Below, one piece after another: positions 51,677 through 60,277 of a DNA stretch of 60,277 nt (position 1 is the stretch's first letter; every line of letters starts with the position of its first letter). Both the position numbers and the translations under genes were made by a program. This stretch comes from Sulfurospirillum sp. (GTDB lineage: Bacteria > Campylobacterota > Campylobacteria > Campylobacterales > Sulfurospirillaceae), in contig JASFYR010000002.1 in NCBI GenBank assembly GCA_045047115.1, forward strand, positions 1 through 60,277, given 5' to 3'. Under the pieces are notes generated by a model, which ran no database searches, was not told where the DNA came from, and worked only from the letters and a program-made list of their open reading frames with translations.

Positions 51677-52743
51677 TGGCAACTATAAGTGCACAAATGG
51701 TAAAACAGCTAAGAGAGATGACTGGTGCCGGTATGATGGATTGCAAAAAAGCACTAGGCGAGACTGAAGGTGATATAGATAAAGCAGTCGATGTTTTAAG
51801 AGAAAAAGGTCTTGGAAAAGCGGCTAAAAAATCTGATAGACTTGCAAGTGAAGGTTTAGTAAGTGTTGAGGTAAGGCCTGATTATAAAGAGGCAACTATA
51901 AGTGAGATAAATTCAGAGACTGACTTTGTGGCAAAAAATGACAACTTTATAAATTTCACTAAAAATACAACAACTCACATCATGAGTAGTGGTGTCAGCG
52001 AAGTAGAAGAGTTGATGAGCACAGAAGTTGACGGTGTAAAATTTGAAGAGTACTTTAACTCACATATAGCCACTATCGGTGAAAATTTGGTACTTAGAAG
52101 ATTTGTAACACTAAGAGCCGGTGAAAACGGTGTCGTAAACGGATATGCTCATTCAAACGGAAGAGTTGGCGTTTTGATTTCTGCTAAGTGTGAAAATGAA
52201 GAAGTAGCAGCTAAGAGTGCAGAGTTCATAAGACAACTTTGTATGCACGCAGCAGCTATGAAGCCGATATATCTGAGCTATAAAGAGTTAGACCCTGCAT
52301 TTATAGAAAAAGAGACAGTAGCTCTTAAGGCAGATATTGAAAAGCACAATGAAGAGTTGGCAAGATTAAAAAAACCTCTTAAAAAAGTTCCATTATATGG
52401 AAGTATGCTTCAGCTTACTGATGAAGTGATGAAAGAAGCAGAAGAGGATATAAAAGCAGAACTAAAAGCTCAAAACAAACCTGAAAAGATTTGGGATAGA
52501 ATTATCCCAGGACAAATTGCAAGGTTTATAGCTGATAATACTCAGCTAGATCAACAGTTTACACTTCTTAGTCAATTTTATGTCATGGATGACAAAAAGA
52601 CCATAGAGCAAGTGATAGAAGAGAAATCTAAGGAGTTTGGCGGTAAGATTGAACTTGTAGATTATGTAAGATTTGAACTAGGAGAGGGTTTAGAGAAAAA
52701 AGGTTGTGATTTTGCCAGTGAAGTTGCAGAACAACTAAAATAA
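51676..52743 (+). CDS. tsf: Elongation factor Ts
   Basis: LREMTGAGMMDCKKAL, NSETDFVA, RFELGEG. Confidence 0.99.
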   Translation: MATISAQMVKQLREMTGAGMMDCKKALGETEGDIDKAVDVLREKGLGKAAKKSDRLASEGLVSVEVRPDYKEATISEINSETDFVAKNDNFINFTKNTTTHIMSSGVSEVEELMSTEVDGVKFEEYFNSHIATIGENLVLRRFVTLRAGENGVVNGYAHSNGRVGVLISAKCENEEVAAKSAEFIRQLCMHAAAMKPIYLSYKELDPAFIEKETVALKADIEKHNEELARLKKPLKKVPLYGSMLQLTDEVMKEAEEDIKAELKAQNKPEKIWDRIIPGQIARFIADNTQLDQQFTLLSQFYVMDDKKTIEQVIEEKSKEFGGKIELVDYVRFELGEGLEKKGCDFASEVAEQLK

Positions 52744-52762
52744 CCCCTGTATTATAAGTATA

Positions 52763-52781
52763 GTGGAGCCTCTGGCTCCAC
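52763..52781. terminator. Hairpin after tsf (attenuator or mRNA-stabilising stem)
   Basis: GTGGAGCC-tct-GGCTCCAC; no U-tract. Confidence 0.45.
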
Positions 52782-52807
52782 ATCCTCATCCTATATAAAG
52801 GATAAAA

Positions 52808-53443
52808 ATGCCCCTGATAGAAGCTGAAGATATCTCTCATTCGTTTGACTATCCACTTTTTGATGATATAAATTTCTCTCTTGACGAATCTGAATCCATG
52901 TCGATTACAGGCGTAAGCGGTAGTGGAAAATCTACTCTTATGCATATCTGTTCTACCATACTTCAGCCAAATAGTGGAACAATAAAGCTTTTTGGAGAGG
53001 ATATATACTCTTTGAGCCAAAAAGAGCTCATAAAGATAAGACGGGAGAGAGTAGGTATCATCTTTCAGGCACACTATCTTTTTCGGGGACTCAGTGCTTA
53101 TGAGAACCTTGAGCTTTCAACTGTTTTAACAGGAAACAGGATAGACGATGGGTTGATAGAGAAGTTTAAAATTGAAAAAACCATGAATCAAAAAATTGGT
53201 GAGCTCTCAGGCGGACAACAACAAAGAGTCTCTATCGCAAGAGTCTTGACTAAAAGACCAAAAATTATATTTGCAGATGAGCCGACAGGAAATTTGGACG
53301 AAAAGACGGCAAATGAAGTGATGGATATACTTTTTGAGTACATTAAAGATATCAAAGGTGTACTATTCTTAGTTACACATGAAAAAGAGCTTGCAAAGAG
53401 ATGTAAGTACAGTAGGGATTTGAGTATCAAAGGGCTTTTATAG
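52808..53443 (+). CDS. ABC transporter ATP-binding protein (LolD-like)
   Basis: GVSGSGKST, LSGGQ, FADEPTGNLD. Confidence 0.92.
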   Translation: MPLIEAEDISHSFDYPLFDDINFSLDESESMSITGVSGSGKSTLMHICSTILQPNSGTIKLFGEDIYSLSQKELIKIRRERVGIIFQAHYLFRGLSAYENLELSTVLTGNRIDDGLIEKFKIEKTMNQKIGELSGGQQQRVSIARVLTKRPKIIFADEPTGNLDEKTANEVMDILFEYIKDIKGVLFLVTHEKELAKRCKYSRDLSIKGLL

Positions 53444-53450
53444 AGATATC

Positions 53451-54218
53451 ATGCAAACACTTATAGAATTTCTCAATCAAAATCATGTCATTTTGTTTCT
53501 ATTTTTGTTTGCCAGAGTGACCGGCTTGTTTGCTTTTTTTCCTTTTTTTTCTCATATGTCGATTCCTGTATCGGTAAAAACAGCGTTTGCTCTTTTTATG
53601 GTTATGTTCCTCTACCCTTTGGCTACTATGCCAAATATTCACTTGGATATTTTTAGTATCTCTTTGGTGATAGCAAGTGAACTTTTTTTGGGTTTGATCG
53701 CAGGTTTGATACTAAATCTTGTATTTGCGATGTTGCAGATGGCAGGCATGCAGATCTCATTTGTTATGGGTTTTACTATGGCAAATGTGATAGATCCCCA
53801 GTCAAATATCTCTTCACCAATTATGTCTCAGATACTTACTACGCTGGGCCTTGTAGTTCTTTTGGCTTTTAATGCTCACCATTTGATAATTATTTTTTTA
53901 GCAAAATCCCTCCATTTTTTGCCTTTGGGTGAATTTTATCCGGGTGGAAATCTTTGGGTATATTTGATGAAAGCAACTACGGGTATGTTTGTATATGGCT
54001 TTATACTCTCTTTCCCCATAATAGGCCTCTCTTTGCTTGCAGATCTTGTTTTCGGGATGCTTATGAAGACAATGCCTCAGTTTAACCTTTTAGTTGTTGG
54101 TTTTCCTATCAAAATTATGGTAGGATTTGTTGTTTTGATAGCGACTCTTAGCTCGATTATGTTTATATTTAAAAGAGAGTTTATGCAAGCACTGGAGCAC
54201 CTTTTTGTTCTGTTCTAG
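53451..54218 (+). CDS. fliR: Flagellar export protein FliR
   Basis: FARV.G.....PFF, AG..IS..MGF..A...DP, KTMPQFNLL.VGFPIKI. Confidence 0.93.
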   Translation: MQTLIEFLNQNHVILFLFLFARVTGLFAFFPFFSHMSIPVSVKTAFALFMVMFLYPLATMPNIHLDIFSISLVIASELFLGLIAGLILNLVFAMLQMAGMQISFVMGFTMANVIDPQSNISSPIMSQILTTLGLVVLLAFNAHHLIIIFLAKSLHFLPLGEFYPGGNLWVYLMKATTGMFVYGFILSFPIIGLSLLADLVFGMLMKTMPQFNLLVVGFPIKIMVGFVVLIATLSSIMFIFKREFMQALEHLFVLF

Positions 54219-54285
54219 ATTGTTTTAATAGAATCGTAATTAAGTTTGTAATAAAATGTATAGTGTAAAAATTTAAGGAGTTAAA

Positions 54286-55608
54286 ATGCGTCTTCTTTTG
54301 ATCAACAGTAATCCGGCAGTTTCGAGACTTATCAATCTAAGTGCTGAAAAATATGGCTATGAGATAGAAGAGTTTAAGGGTGATGATTTTGATTTGAATG
54401 AAAATTTTGATATTACCATAGCTGATAATGAAGCAGTAAGCGATAACTCTATGTTACTACTTCGAGAGAGTGGAAATTTGGGAGAGATTATCTATGTGGG
54501 ACCTAAAGGTTTACCAAAACCAATTTATGCAAATTATTTTTTGCAAAAGCCATTTTTACCAACAGATTTTATAGAATTGGTCAAAAAGATAGAAAAATCA
54601 AATGAAAAAGAGGATGTTGAAGAAATTCCTGTTCAAGATGAAAAATCTTTTATCGAAGAGGGTGTGCAAGAAAATTCCGATATAGGAGATGAGAATGCCA
54701 TTGCTCTTGATTTGGACGATATGGATAGCTTGGATTTGCCTATGCCTGATGAGGATTTTTTGGTTTTTGAAGAAGAGAAACAAAAAAATGATGAAGATAA
54801 AAAAGATGAGATATCCAAAGAGGATACAGAGAAAATTGATGATGAGAATTTTGATCTTGAATCTGATGTGCAAGATATAGAATCAGATGAGAAAGCTAAA
54901 GACGATAAAGTTGAGACGAAAATAGAAGATAAAAATGAAAGTGAAGATTCAGATATAGATATTCCGCAAGAATTAAAATTGGATGAAGAGATAGATGGCA
55001 AAGAAGAGGGAGTGGCTATCTTGGACAGTGAAGATATAGATGAAGTCAAACAACTGCTTGATGATGACATCGTAACTAATGAGATTGAAGATGTTAAAGA
55101 TGCAGAATTGAAAGAGATAACTGAGGATGACGGGAGTGAAGAAGAAGCTTCAAATGATGATTTTGATATCGGAGATGAAGTGCTGATTGACGAGACAAAT
55201 ATAGAGACTGCTATGGAGGATATTTCAGATGAAAGTGAAGTGCTTGGCAGTTTGATTGAAGAGAGTGAAGATTTGGAAGAGCCTGAAGAGATACTAAAAG
55301 AGATAGACAGCATTGAGGATGAAGAGACTCTTGAGCAAGAGAGCCAAGAAGAAGAGTCTCTAGGGATTTCTAGCGAAGAAAGAGCATCGATAGATGATAT
55401 TTTGGAAGAGGATCTTGATGGATTGTTTGAGGAAGAAAAACAAAAAGTAAGTTTTGAGCCAAAAGAGAGTGTATGTATAGAAGAGATGAAAGAAGAGCTA
55501 GAAGCCAAAATAGAAAATGATGTCAAAAAAGTTCTTGATAAAGATGAGATAAGAGAGGCCTTGAAAGGCTTGAAAGTAAATATCTCCATATCTTTTGATG
55601 AAGAGTAA
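54286..55608 (+). CDS. Highly acidic protein with an N-terminal receiver-like domain (Campylobacterota core)
   Basis: MRLLLINSNPAVSRLI, KPFLPT, long D/E-rich tract, conserved position between fliR and gmk. Confidence 0.8.
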   Translation: MRLLLINSNPAVSRLINLSAEKYGYEIEEFKGDDFDLNENFDITIADNEAVSDNSMLLLRESGNLGEIIYVGPKGLPKPIYANYFLQKPFLPTDFIELVKKIEKSNEKEDVEEIPVQDEKSFIEEGVQENSDIGDENAIALDLDDMDSLDLPMPDEDFLVFEEEKQKNDEDKKDEISKEDTEKIDDENFDLESDVQDIESDEKAKDDKVETKIEDKNESEDSDIDIPQELKLDEEIDGKEEGVAILDSEDIDEVKQLLDDDIVTNEIEDVKDAELKEITEDDGSEEEASNDDFDIGDEVLIDETNIETAMEDISDESEVLGSLIEESEDLEEPEEILKEIDSIEDEETLEQESQEEESLGISSEERASIDDILEEDLDGLFEEEKQKVSFEPKESVCIEEMKEELEAKIENDVKKVLDKDEIREALKGLKVNISISFDEE

Positions 55609-56222
55609 TGATGAAAGGTAATATTTTGGTTATCTCGGGCCCTAGCGGATCAGGTAAAAGTTCTTTGATGCATGAAATGATGAAGAGAGTGGAAGAGACA
55701 TACTTTTCTATTTCAACAACGACAAGAGAGATGAGAGAAGGCGAGGTGGAAGGTAAAGATTACTTTTTTATCAGTAAAGAAGAATTTAAACAAGGTATTG
55801 AAGAGGGTAATTTTCTCGAGTGGGCAAGGGTGCATGATAACTACTATGGTACATCTTTGAAGCAGATACTAAAAGAGTTAAATGCAGGTAAAACCGTCAT
55901 TTTTGATATAGATGTGCAAGGGCATAAAATCGCTCAAGAGAAGTTTGGCAATATCATCACTTCAGTATTTGTAACAACTCCAAACCAAGAGGTTTTAAAA
56001 AGCAGATTGATTCAAAGAGGAACTGATTCTGTCCAGTCTATCGAAAAAAGACTTGGCAATGCCATATCTGAAATGACAAGGGTAAAAGAGTATGATTTTT
56101 TACTTATCAATGACTATTTTGATAAAACTTTAGAGAGTTTAGTCTCTATAACTTATGCCTCAAGGCACAAAGTATCTTCGATAAATACACAAGAGTTTAT
56201 AGGCTCTTGGGTACATACATAA
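55608..56222 (+). CDS. gmk: Guanylate kinase
   Basis: SGPSGSGKS, SISTTTR..REGE..G.DY.F, EWARVH.NYYGT, DIDVQG. Confidence 0.98.
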   Translation: MMKGNILVISGPSGSGKSSLMHEMMKRVEETYFSISTTTREMREGEVEGKDYFFISKEEFKQGIEEGNFLEWARVHDNYYGTSLKQILKELNAGKTVIFDIDVQGHKIAQEKFGNIITSVFVTTPNQEVLKSRLIQRGTDSVQSIEKRLGNAISEMTRVKEYDFLLINDYFDKTLESLVSITYASRHKVSSINTQEFIGSWVHT

Positions 56223-56280
56223 ATAATTAAAAAAATAATGGTATAATGCCAATCTTAAAAAAAAGAAACAAGGAGAAATT

Positions 56281-56493
56281 ATGGGTATGCCAAGTATGCC
56301 GGAATTATTGGTAATCTTAGCTATAGTAGTTTTACTATTTGGTGCTAAAAAGATACCGGATCTTGCAAAAGGACTAGGTACAGGAATCAAGGATTTCAAA
56401 AAAGCGATAAAAGAGGATGAGTCAAAAGATAGTATAGAGGCCGATGAAAAAACGGCAGATACAAAACCTGTAGAAGACAACACAAAAGCCTAA
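56281..56493 (+). CDS. tatA: Twin-arginine translocase subunit TatA/E
   Basis: [23 protein letters not shown]. Confidence 0.96.
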   Translation: MGMPSMPELLVILAIVVLLFGAKKIPDLAKGLGTGIKDFKKAIKEDESKDSIEADEKTADTKPVEDNTKA

Positions 56494-56504
56494 GGCTCTA
56501 AAAT

Positions 56505-58091
56505 TTGAAAAAAAAGATATTTGACAGTATAAAAAATGAGCTTGAAAGAGAGTTTGTCTTAGAAAAGCCAAAAGAACTCTCTTTTGGACACTATGCGACT
56601 CCGGTCGCTTTCTCTCTCGCAAAAGAGCTTAGAAAATCTCCGATGCTGATCGCAGAAGAGCTGGCTCTAAAATTTGAAAAAAATGAGATTTTTCAAGAGG
56701 TTAATGCTCTAAAAGGCTATCTAAACTTCAAGTTAAGCGACACTTTTTTGGATGAATATACCACTTGGGCACTAACAAATCAAAAAGAGTATGCAAGAGC
56801 TAAAAATGACCAAAGCATACTACTTGAGTTTGTGAGTGCAAATCCAACAGGACCTTTACATATAGGTCATGCAAGAGGTGCGGTTATAGGTGATACACTC
56901 TGCAGACTCGGGCGACATTTGGGCTATAGGATAGACAGTGAGTACTATGTAAATGATGCAGGAAATCAGATATATCTTCTGGGATTGTCTATCTTTTTAG
57001 CAGGACAAGAAAATGTGTTGGGTCTTGATGTAGAGTGGCCAGATGAGTACTATAGGGGCGAATATATAGTCGATTTGGCAAAAAGAGCTAGTGCAGATTT
57101 TGATGATACTATATTTGAAGATAAGAAAAGCATAGAGATACTATCAAGTTGGGGTAAGGATATGATGCTTGATCTTATACGAGAAAATCTCAAAGATATT
57201 GGTATAGAATTTGACAGTTTTGTAAGTGAAAGATCCCTCTATGACAAGTGGGATGAGAGCTTTGAGAAGCTGCAAAAAAATGATAGAACATATAAAAAAG
57301 ATGATAAAATCTGGATAAAATCAAGCGATTTTGGAGATGAAAAAGACAGAGTCGTAGTGAGAGATGATGGCAGAGCTACATATCTGGCAGGTGATATCAT
57401 ATACCACGATAATAAGTACCAAAGAGACTATGACAAATATATAAATATCTGGGGAGCAGACCATCATGGCTATATCGCCAGGGTAAAAGCAGCTATAAAC
57501 TTTTTGGGCTATGATGAGAGTCAACTTGAAGTGATACTTGCTCAAATGGTATCTCTTCTAAAAGACGGTGAGCCCTTTAAGATGAGCAAGAGAAGCGGAA
57601 ATTTTATCTTGATGAGCGATGTGGTTGAAGAGATAGGTAAAGATGCTTTAAGATTTATATTTTTAAGTAAAAAAGCAGATACTCACTTGGAGTTTGATGT
57701 TGAAGTTCTCAAAAAACAAGATAGCACAAATCCTATATTTTATATAAATTATGCACACGCGAGAGTAAATCAAATTTTCGAAAAAAGTGGTAAAAAGACA
57801 GAAGATATAACGGAAGTTAAACTTGAAAATTTAAGTGAAAGTGCAAAAAATCTTCTCTTTAGCGCACTGCTTCTACCTGAAGTCATAGAAGATACATTTG
57901 TGAGCCGACAAGTCCAAAGACTGAGTGACTATTTAGTCCTGCTTGCTTCAAACCTACACAAATTTTACAATGAAAACAGAGTGGTAGGTAGCGAAAATGA
58001 AGATATATATCTGAAGATTTTTGCTATGGTAGCACTTAGCATAAGAGTAGGCTTGGGATTGATGGGAATAGAGGCAAAGGATAAGATGTAG
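56505..58091 (+). CDS. argS: Arginine--tRNA ligase
   Basis: EFVSANPTGPLHIGH, GADHHGY, KMSKRSG, YAHAR. Confidence 0.98.
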   Translation: MKKKIFDSIKNELEREFVLEKPKELSFGHYATPVAFSLAKELRKSPMLIAEELALKFEKNEIFQEVNALKGYLNFKLSDTFLDEYTTWALTNQKEYARAKNDQSILLEFVSANPTGPLHIGHARGAVIGDTLCRLGRHLGYRIDSEYYVNDAGNQIYLLGLSIFLAGQENVLGLDVEWPDEYYRGEYIVDLAKRASADFDDTIFEDKKSIEILSSWGKDMMLDLIRENLKDIGIEFDSFVSERSLYDKWDESFEKLQKNDRTYKKDDKIWIKSSDFGDEKDRVVVRDDGRATYLAGDIIYHDNKYQRDYDKYINIWGADHHGYIARVKAAINFLGYDESQLEVILAQMVSLLKDGEPFKMSKRSGNFILMSDVVEEIGKDALRFIFLSKKADTHLEFDVEVLKKQDSTNPIFYINYAHARVNQIFEKSGKKTEDITEVKLENLSESAKNLLFSALLLPEVIEDTFVSRQVQRLSDYLVLLASNLHKFYNENRVVGSENEDIYLKIFAMVALSIRVGLGLMGIEAKDKM

Positions 58092-58109
58092 TTCTTATCC
58101 TCCCAATTT

Positions 58110-58976
58110 TTAGTTCTCAGGCGACTTGTAACTACTCAAAAACTCTTCTATATTGTATCTAGCTCTATAATCAGGGCTCATAAGATGCACTAGTATATCT
58201 CCCATATCGAGTATAACCCAATCTTCAGATTCATCTATATTTAAAAAGTGCTCACCTTGACTTTTTAGTTCACCTTTTAAGTGATCAAGCAAAGCAAGAC
58301 CATGTCTCTCACCCAAAGTTGTAGCGATCACAACGCTGTCTACAAAATAATCCTTATCACTCATATCAAATGATTGAATATTTTCCGCCTTTTTTTCATC
58401 TAAAATCTTTACGATATTTTCGATTCTTTTTTCCATTTCTTTCCTTGTTTTATAAAACTCTTCGACTTCACTTTTTATGCTGTTTGGTATAAAAGAGAGA
58501 TTTAATTCTTCTCGAAGTTCTGAGGAGCTGATATTAACATTTATTTTGATTTTTTTCAACTCTTTTGATGTAATTATACCATCTCTTGAGGCGATAACAA
58601 ACTCGACTAAGGTTTTTAGCTCCTTATATCTGCTCCATTTATGAAGTTTGGCATAGTTATCGGCTCCAATGATGAGGTAGAGTTTTTCTATATCATAGTT
58701 TTTCAAAAGATATTTTACCGTCTCGATAGTGGCAACAGCTCTTTTTTGCTTCACTTCAAAGTCAAGCACTTCAACTTTTTTTTCATCCTTAAAGAGTATA
58801 TTAAGCCACTTTAGCCTTAAGTCAGCCGGTATATAAAACTCACTCTTAAAAGGATTGAGATATGTTGGAACGATAAAAATCTTCTCTACATGTAGAGCCT
58901 TTATAGCCTCATCCACAATCATCTCATGCCCTGTGTGAGGTGGATCAAAAGTGCCGCCAAAGAGTGCTGCTATCAT
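58110..58976 (-). CDS. nadD: Fusion of nicotinate-nucleotide adenylyltransferase NadD and ribosome silencing factor RsfS
   Basis: N-terminal FGGTFDPPHTGH, IIGADN, ISSSELR; C-terminal LDEKKAENI, WVILDMGDILVHLM...RARYNIE, in one stop-free frame. Confidence 0.92.
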   Translation of the reverse strand: MIAALFGGTFDPPHTGHEMIVDEAIKALHVEKIFIVPTYLNPFKSEFYIPADLRLKWLNILFKDEKKVEVLDFEVKQKRAVATIETVKYLLKNYDIEKLYLIIGADNYAKLHKWSRYKELKTLVEFVIASRDGIITSKELKKIKINVNISSSELREELNLSFIPNSIKSEVEEFYKTRKEMEKRIENIVKILDEKKAENIQSFDMSDKDYFVDSVVIATTLGERHGLALLDHLKGELKSQGEHFLNIDESEDWVILDMGDILVHLMSPDYRARYNIEEFLSSYKSPEN

Positions 58977-59945
58977 CTAAAAATCCAATGGAGACTTGAC
59001 ATTTTGTCGGTTCATCTCTTTTATGATGTGAGTATAAATCATAGTAGTTTCAACTGACTTATGTCCTAGCAACTCTTGGATAGTGCGTATATCAACTCCA
59101 TTTTGGAGCAGATGAGTAGCATAAGAGTGACGAAAAGTGTGGGAGGTCACTTTTTTGTTGATTTTTGATTTTAGAGTAGCTGCAGTTATGTTTCTGCTTA
59201 ATGTCTTTGGCAGGATATGGTGTCTTCTTGTCTCACCGCTTCTCGGGTCTTTCGAGAGATTTCTCATGGGAAAAATATATTGCCACTTTGTTTCAAACTT
59301 TGCTTTGGGAAATTTTCGCTCTAGTGCAAATGGCATATAGACACTTCCGTATCCATCTAGTTTATCTTTTTCGTGCAGTTGCGTAACAACTTCGATTTGT
59401 GCAATAAGTTGCTGTTTGAGTTTCATAGGCAGTGGGGTTGTCCTGTCTTTTAAGGATTTGCTATTCCAAACATAGACTTTGTCAAATCCAAAATCTATAT
59501 CTTTAATCCTGAGATTTAAAACCTCACTCATCCTAAGCCCACAGCCGTACATCAAACTCGTGATGAGTCTATATGTACCGTTTAGATTATCTAAGATCAA
59601 TTTTACTTCTTCTTTTGTAAGAACAACAGGTATATGTTTTCTCTCTTTTGCTCTTAAGGCTTGTATGTTCCATAGACTCATATCAATCCCTAAAACTTCC
59701 CTATACAAAAATAACAAAGCACTAAAAGCTTGATTTTGTGTAGTAGGAGCCACTTTTCTTTTAGTGGCAAGATATGTTAGAAATTTTTCTATCTCTGCTT
59801 TTCCAAGATCTACAGGATGTTTTTTGCCATGAAAAACTATATACTGTTTTATCCAAAACAGATAGGTTTTTTCAGTGGACAAACTATAATGTTTAAATCT
59901 AATTTTATCCCTAACAATATCAAGTAGTTTTCTCTTTTGAGCCAT
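58977..59945 (-). CDS. intI: Integron integrase (IntI, tyrosine recombinase)
   Basis: HYSLSTEKTY, TQNQAFSALLFLY, GLR, HTFRHSYATHLL, LGH...TTMIY; integron-specific insert GSVYMPFALERKFP...WQYIFP...DPRSG..RRHH. Start at ATG 59945 (alternative 59972). Confidence 0.95.
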   Translation of the reverse strand: MAQKRKLLDIVRDKIRFKHYSLSTEKTYLFWIKQYIVFHGKKHPVDLGKAEIEKFLTYLATKRKVAPTTQNQAFSALLFLYREVLGIDMSLWNIQALRAKERKHIPVVLTKEEVKLILDNLNGTYRLITSLMYGCGLRMSEVLNLRIKDIDFGFDKVYVWNSKSLKDRTTPLPMKLKQQLIAQIEVVTQLHEKDKLDGYGSVYMPFALERKFPKAKFETKWQYIFPMRNLSKDPRSGETRRHHILPKTLSRNITAATLKSKINKKVTSHTFRHSYATHLLQNGVDIRTIQELLGHKSVETTMIYTHIIKEMNRQNVKSPLDF

Positions 59946-60134
59946 AGTGATCACCAAATCCTTAAGGGACATTTTAGTCTATCAATACATTTAATATTAC
60001 TTTAACAGACATTTTGTCTATTTAATGTATAAAATAATATTAAAAAGACAAATATATTTTAGCATTATAGTATATATTTGTAAATATCTAAAATAATACC
60101 CACATAAAAGAGATAAATATACATCAACAAAATA

Positions 60135-60163
60135 TTGCAAAACACAATCAAAGGTGATATAAT
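60135..60163 (+). promoter_or_regulatory. Pc-like cassette promoter
   Basis: TTGCAA (60135-60140), 17 bp, TATAAT (60158-60163) with a TG extension; points away from intI into the cassette side. Confidence 0.7.
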
Positions 60164-60185
60164 GTCCACTAATAAATAGTTGTTC
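60160..60185 (+). other. Putative attI site; crossover at G/TT 60179-60181
   Basis: GTT triplet at an abrupt switch from AT-rich to GC-rich sequence, upstream of and divergent from intI. Confidence 0.65.
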
Positions 60186-60204
60186 GTGCCCGCTACGCGG
60201 GCTC

Positions 60205-60277
60205 GAACAACGGTCGCGCTGAGCACACTTCGTGTGCCACCTGCTGTTTGATTCGCTCTACGCTACGCTACGAACAA
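60205..60277 (+). repeat. Start of a putative attC-like site, truncated by the window end
   Basis: GAACAAC is the exact reverse complement of the GTTGTTC core at 60179; followed by nested GC-rich hairpins. Confidence 0.5.

Noticed and set aside
53451..54218. fliR isolated from other flagellar genes
   Set aside because: This rpsB-tsf-ABC-fliR-acidic-gmk-tatA-argS order is the ordinary Campylobacterales arrangement.
54633..55589. 318-aa Ser-rich antisense ORF
   Set aside because: Shadow of the GAA/GAT-rich acidic protein gene; no independent features.

Overview
AT-rich Campylobacterota (epsilonproteobacterial) chromosome segment. This assignment is inferred from the rpsB-tsf-ABC-fliR-acidic protein-gmk-tatA-argS synteny, TGnTATAAT-type promoters and protein families. 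The left ~38.8 kb is accessory respiratory, sulfur and metal DNA: a decayed IS5 element, a cytochrome bd operon with an unannotated small subunit, a two-component system with a MacAB-TolC-like exporter and Fe-S scaffold-like proteins, a tetrathionate-reductase-like ttrBCA operon followed by a TDT channel, DsrE and a flavin oxidoreductase, an AcfC/PEB3-like binding protein, a porin, a Cache-sensor two-component system with a TRAP transporter, and a 13-gene DUF134-led operon resembling the Orange-protein (orp) loci. The right part is mostly housekeeping (mnmG, prlC, ribE, pgeF, thiC with TPP riboswitch, rpsB, tsf, fliR, gmk, tatA, argS, nadD-rsfS fusion). It ends in a chromosomal integron: intI, a Pc-like promoter, an attI-like site and the start of an apparently ORF-less, highly structured first cassette cut by the window end. 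The most notable observations are the integron (intI abutting nadD, and the empty GNA-triloop cassette), the DUF134 operon with a double palindromic operator, a new Cys-rich microprotein and a duplicated structured leader, a promoter module shared by ttrBCA and the porin, and a TPP riboswitch with an extra hairpin. No tRNA, rRNA or CRISPR array was seen. All calls were made by eye from motifs; no database searches were run.
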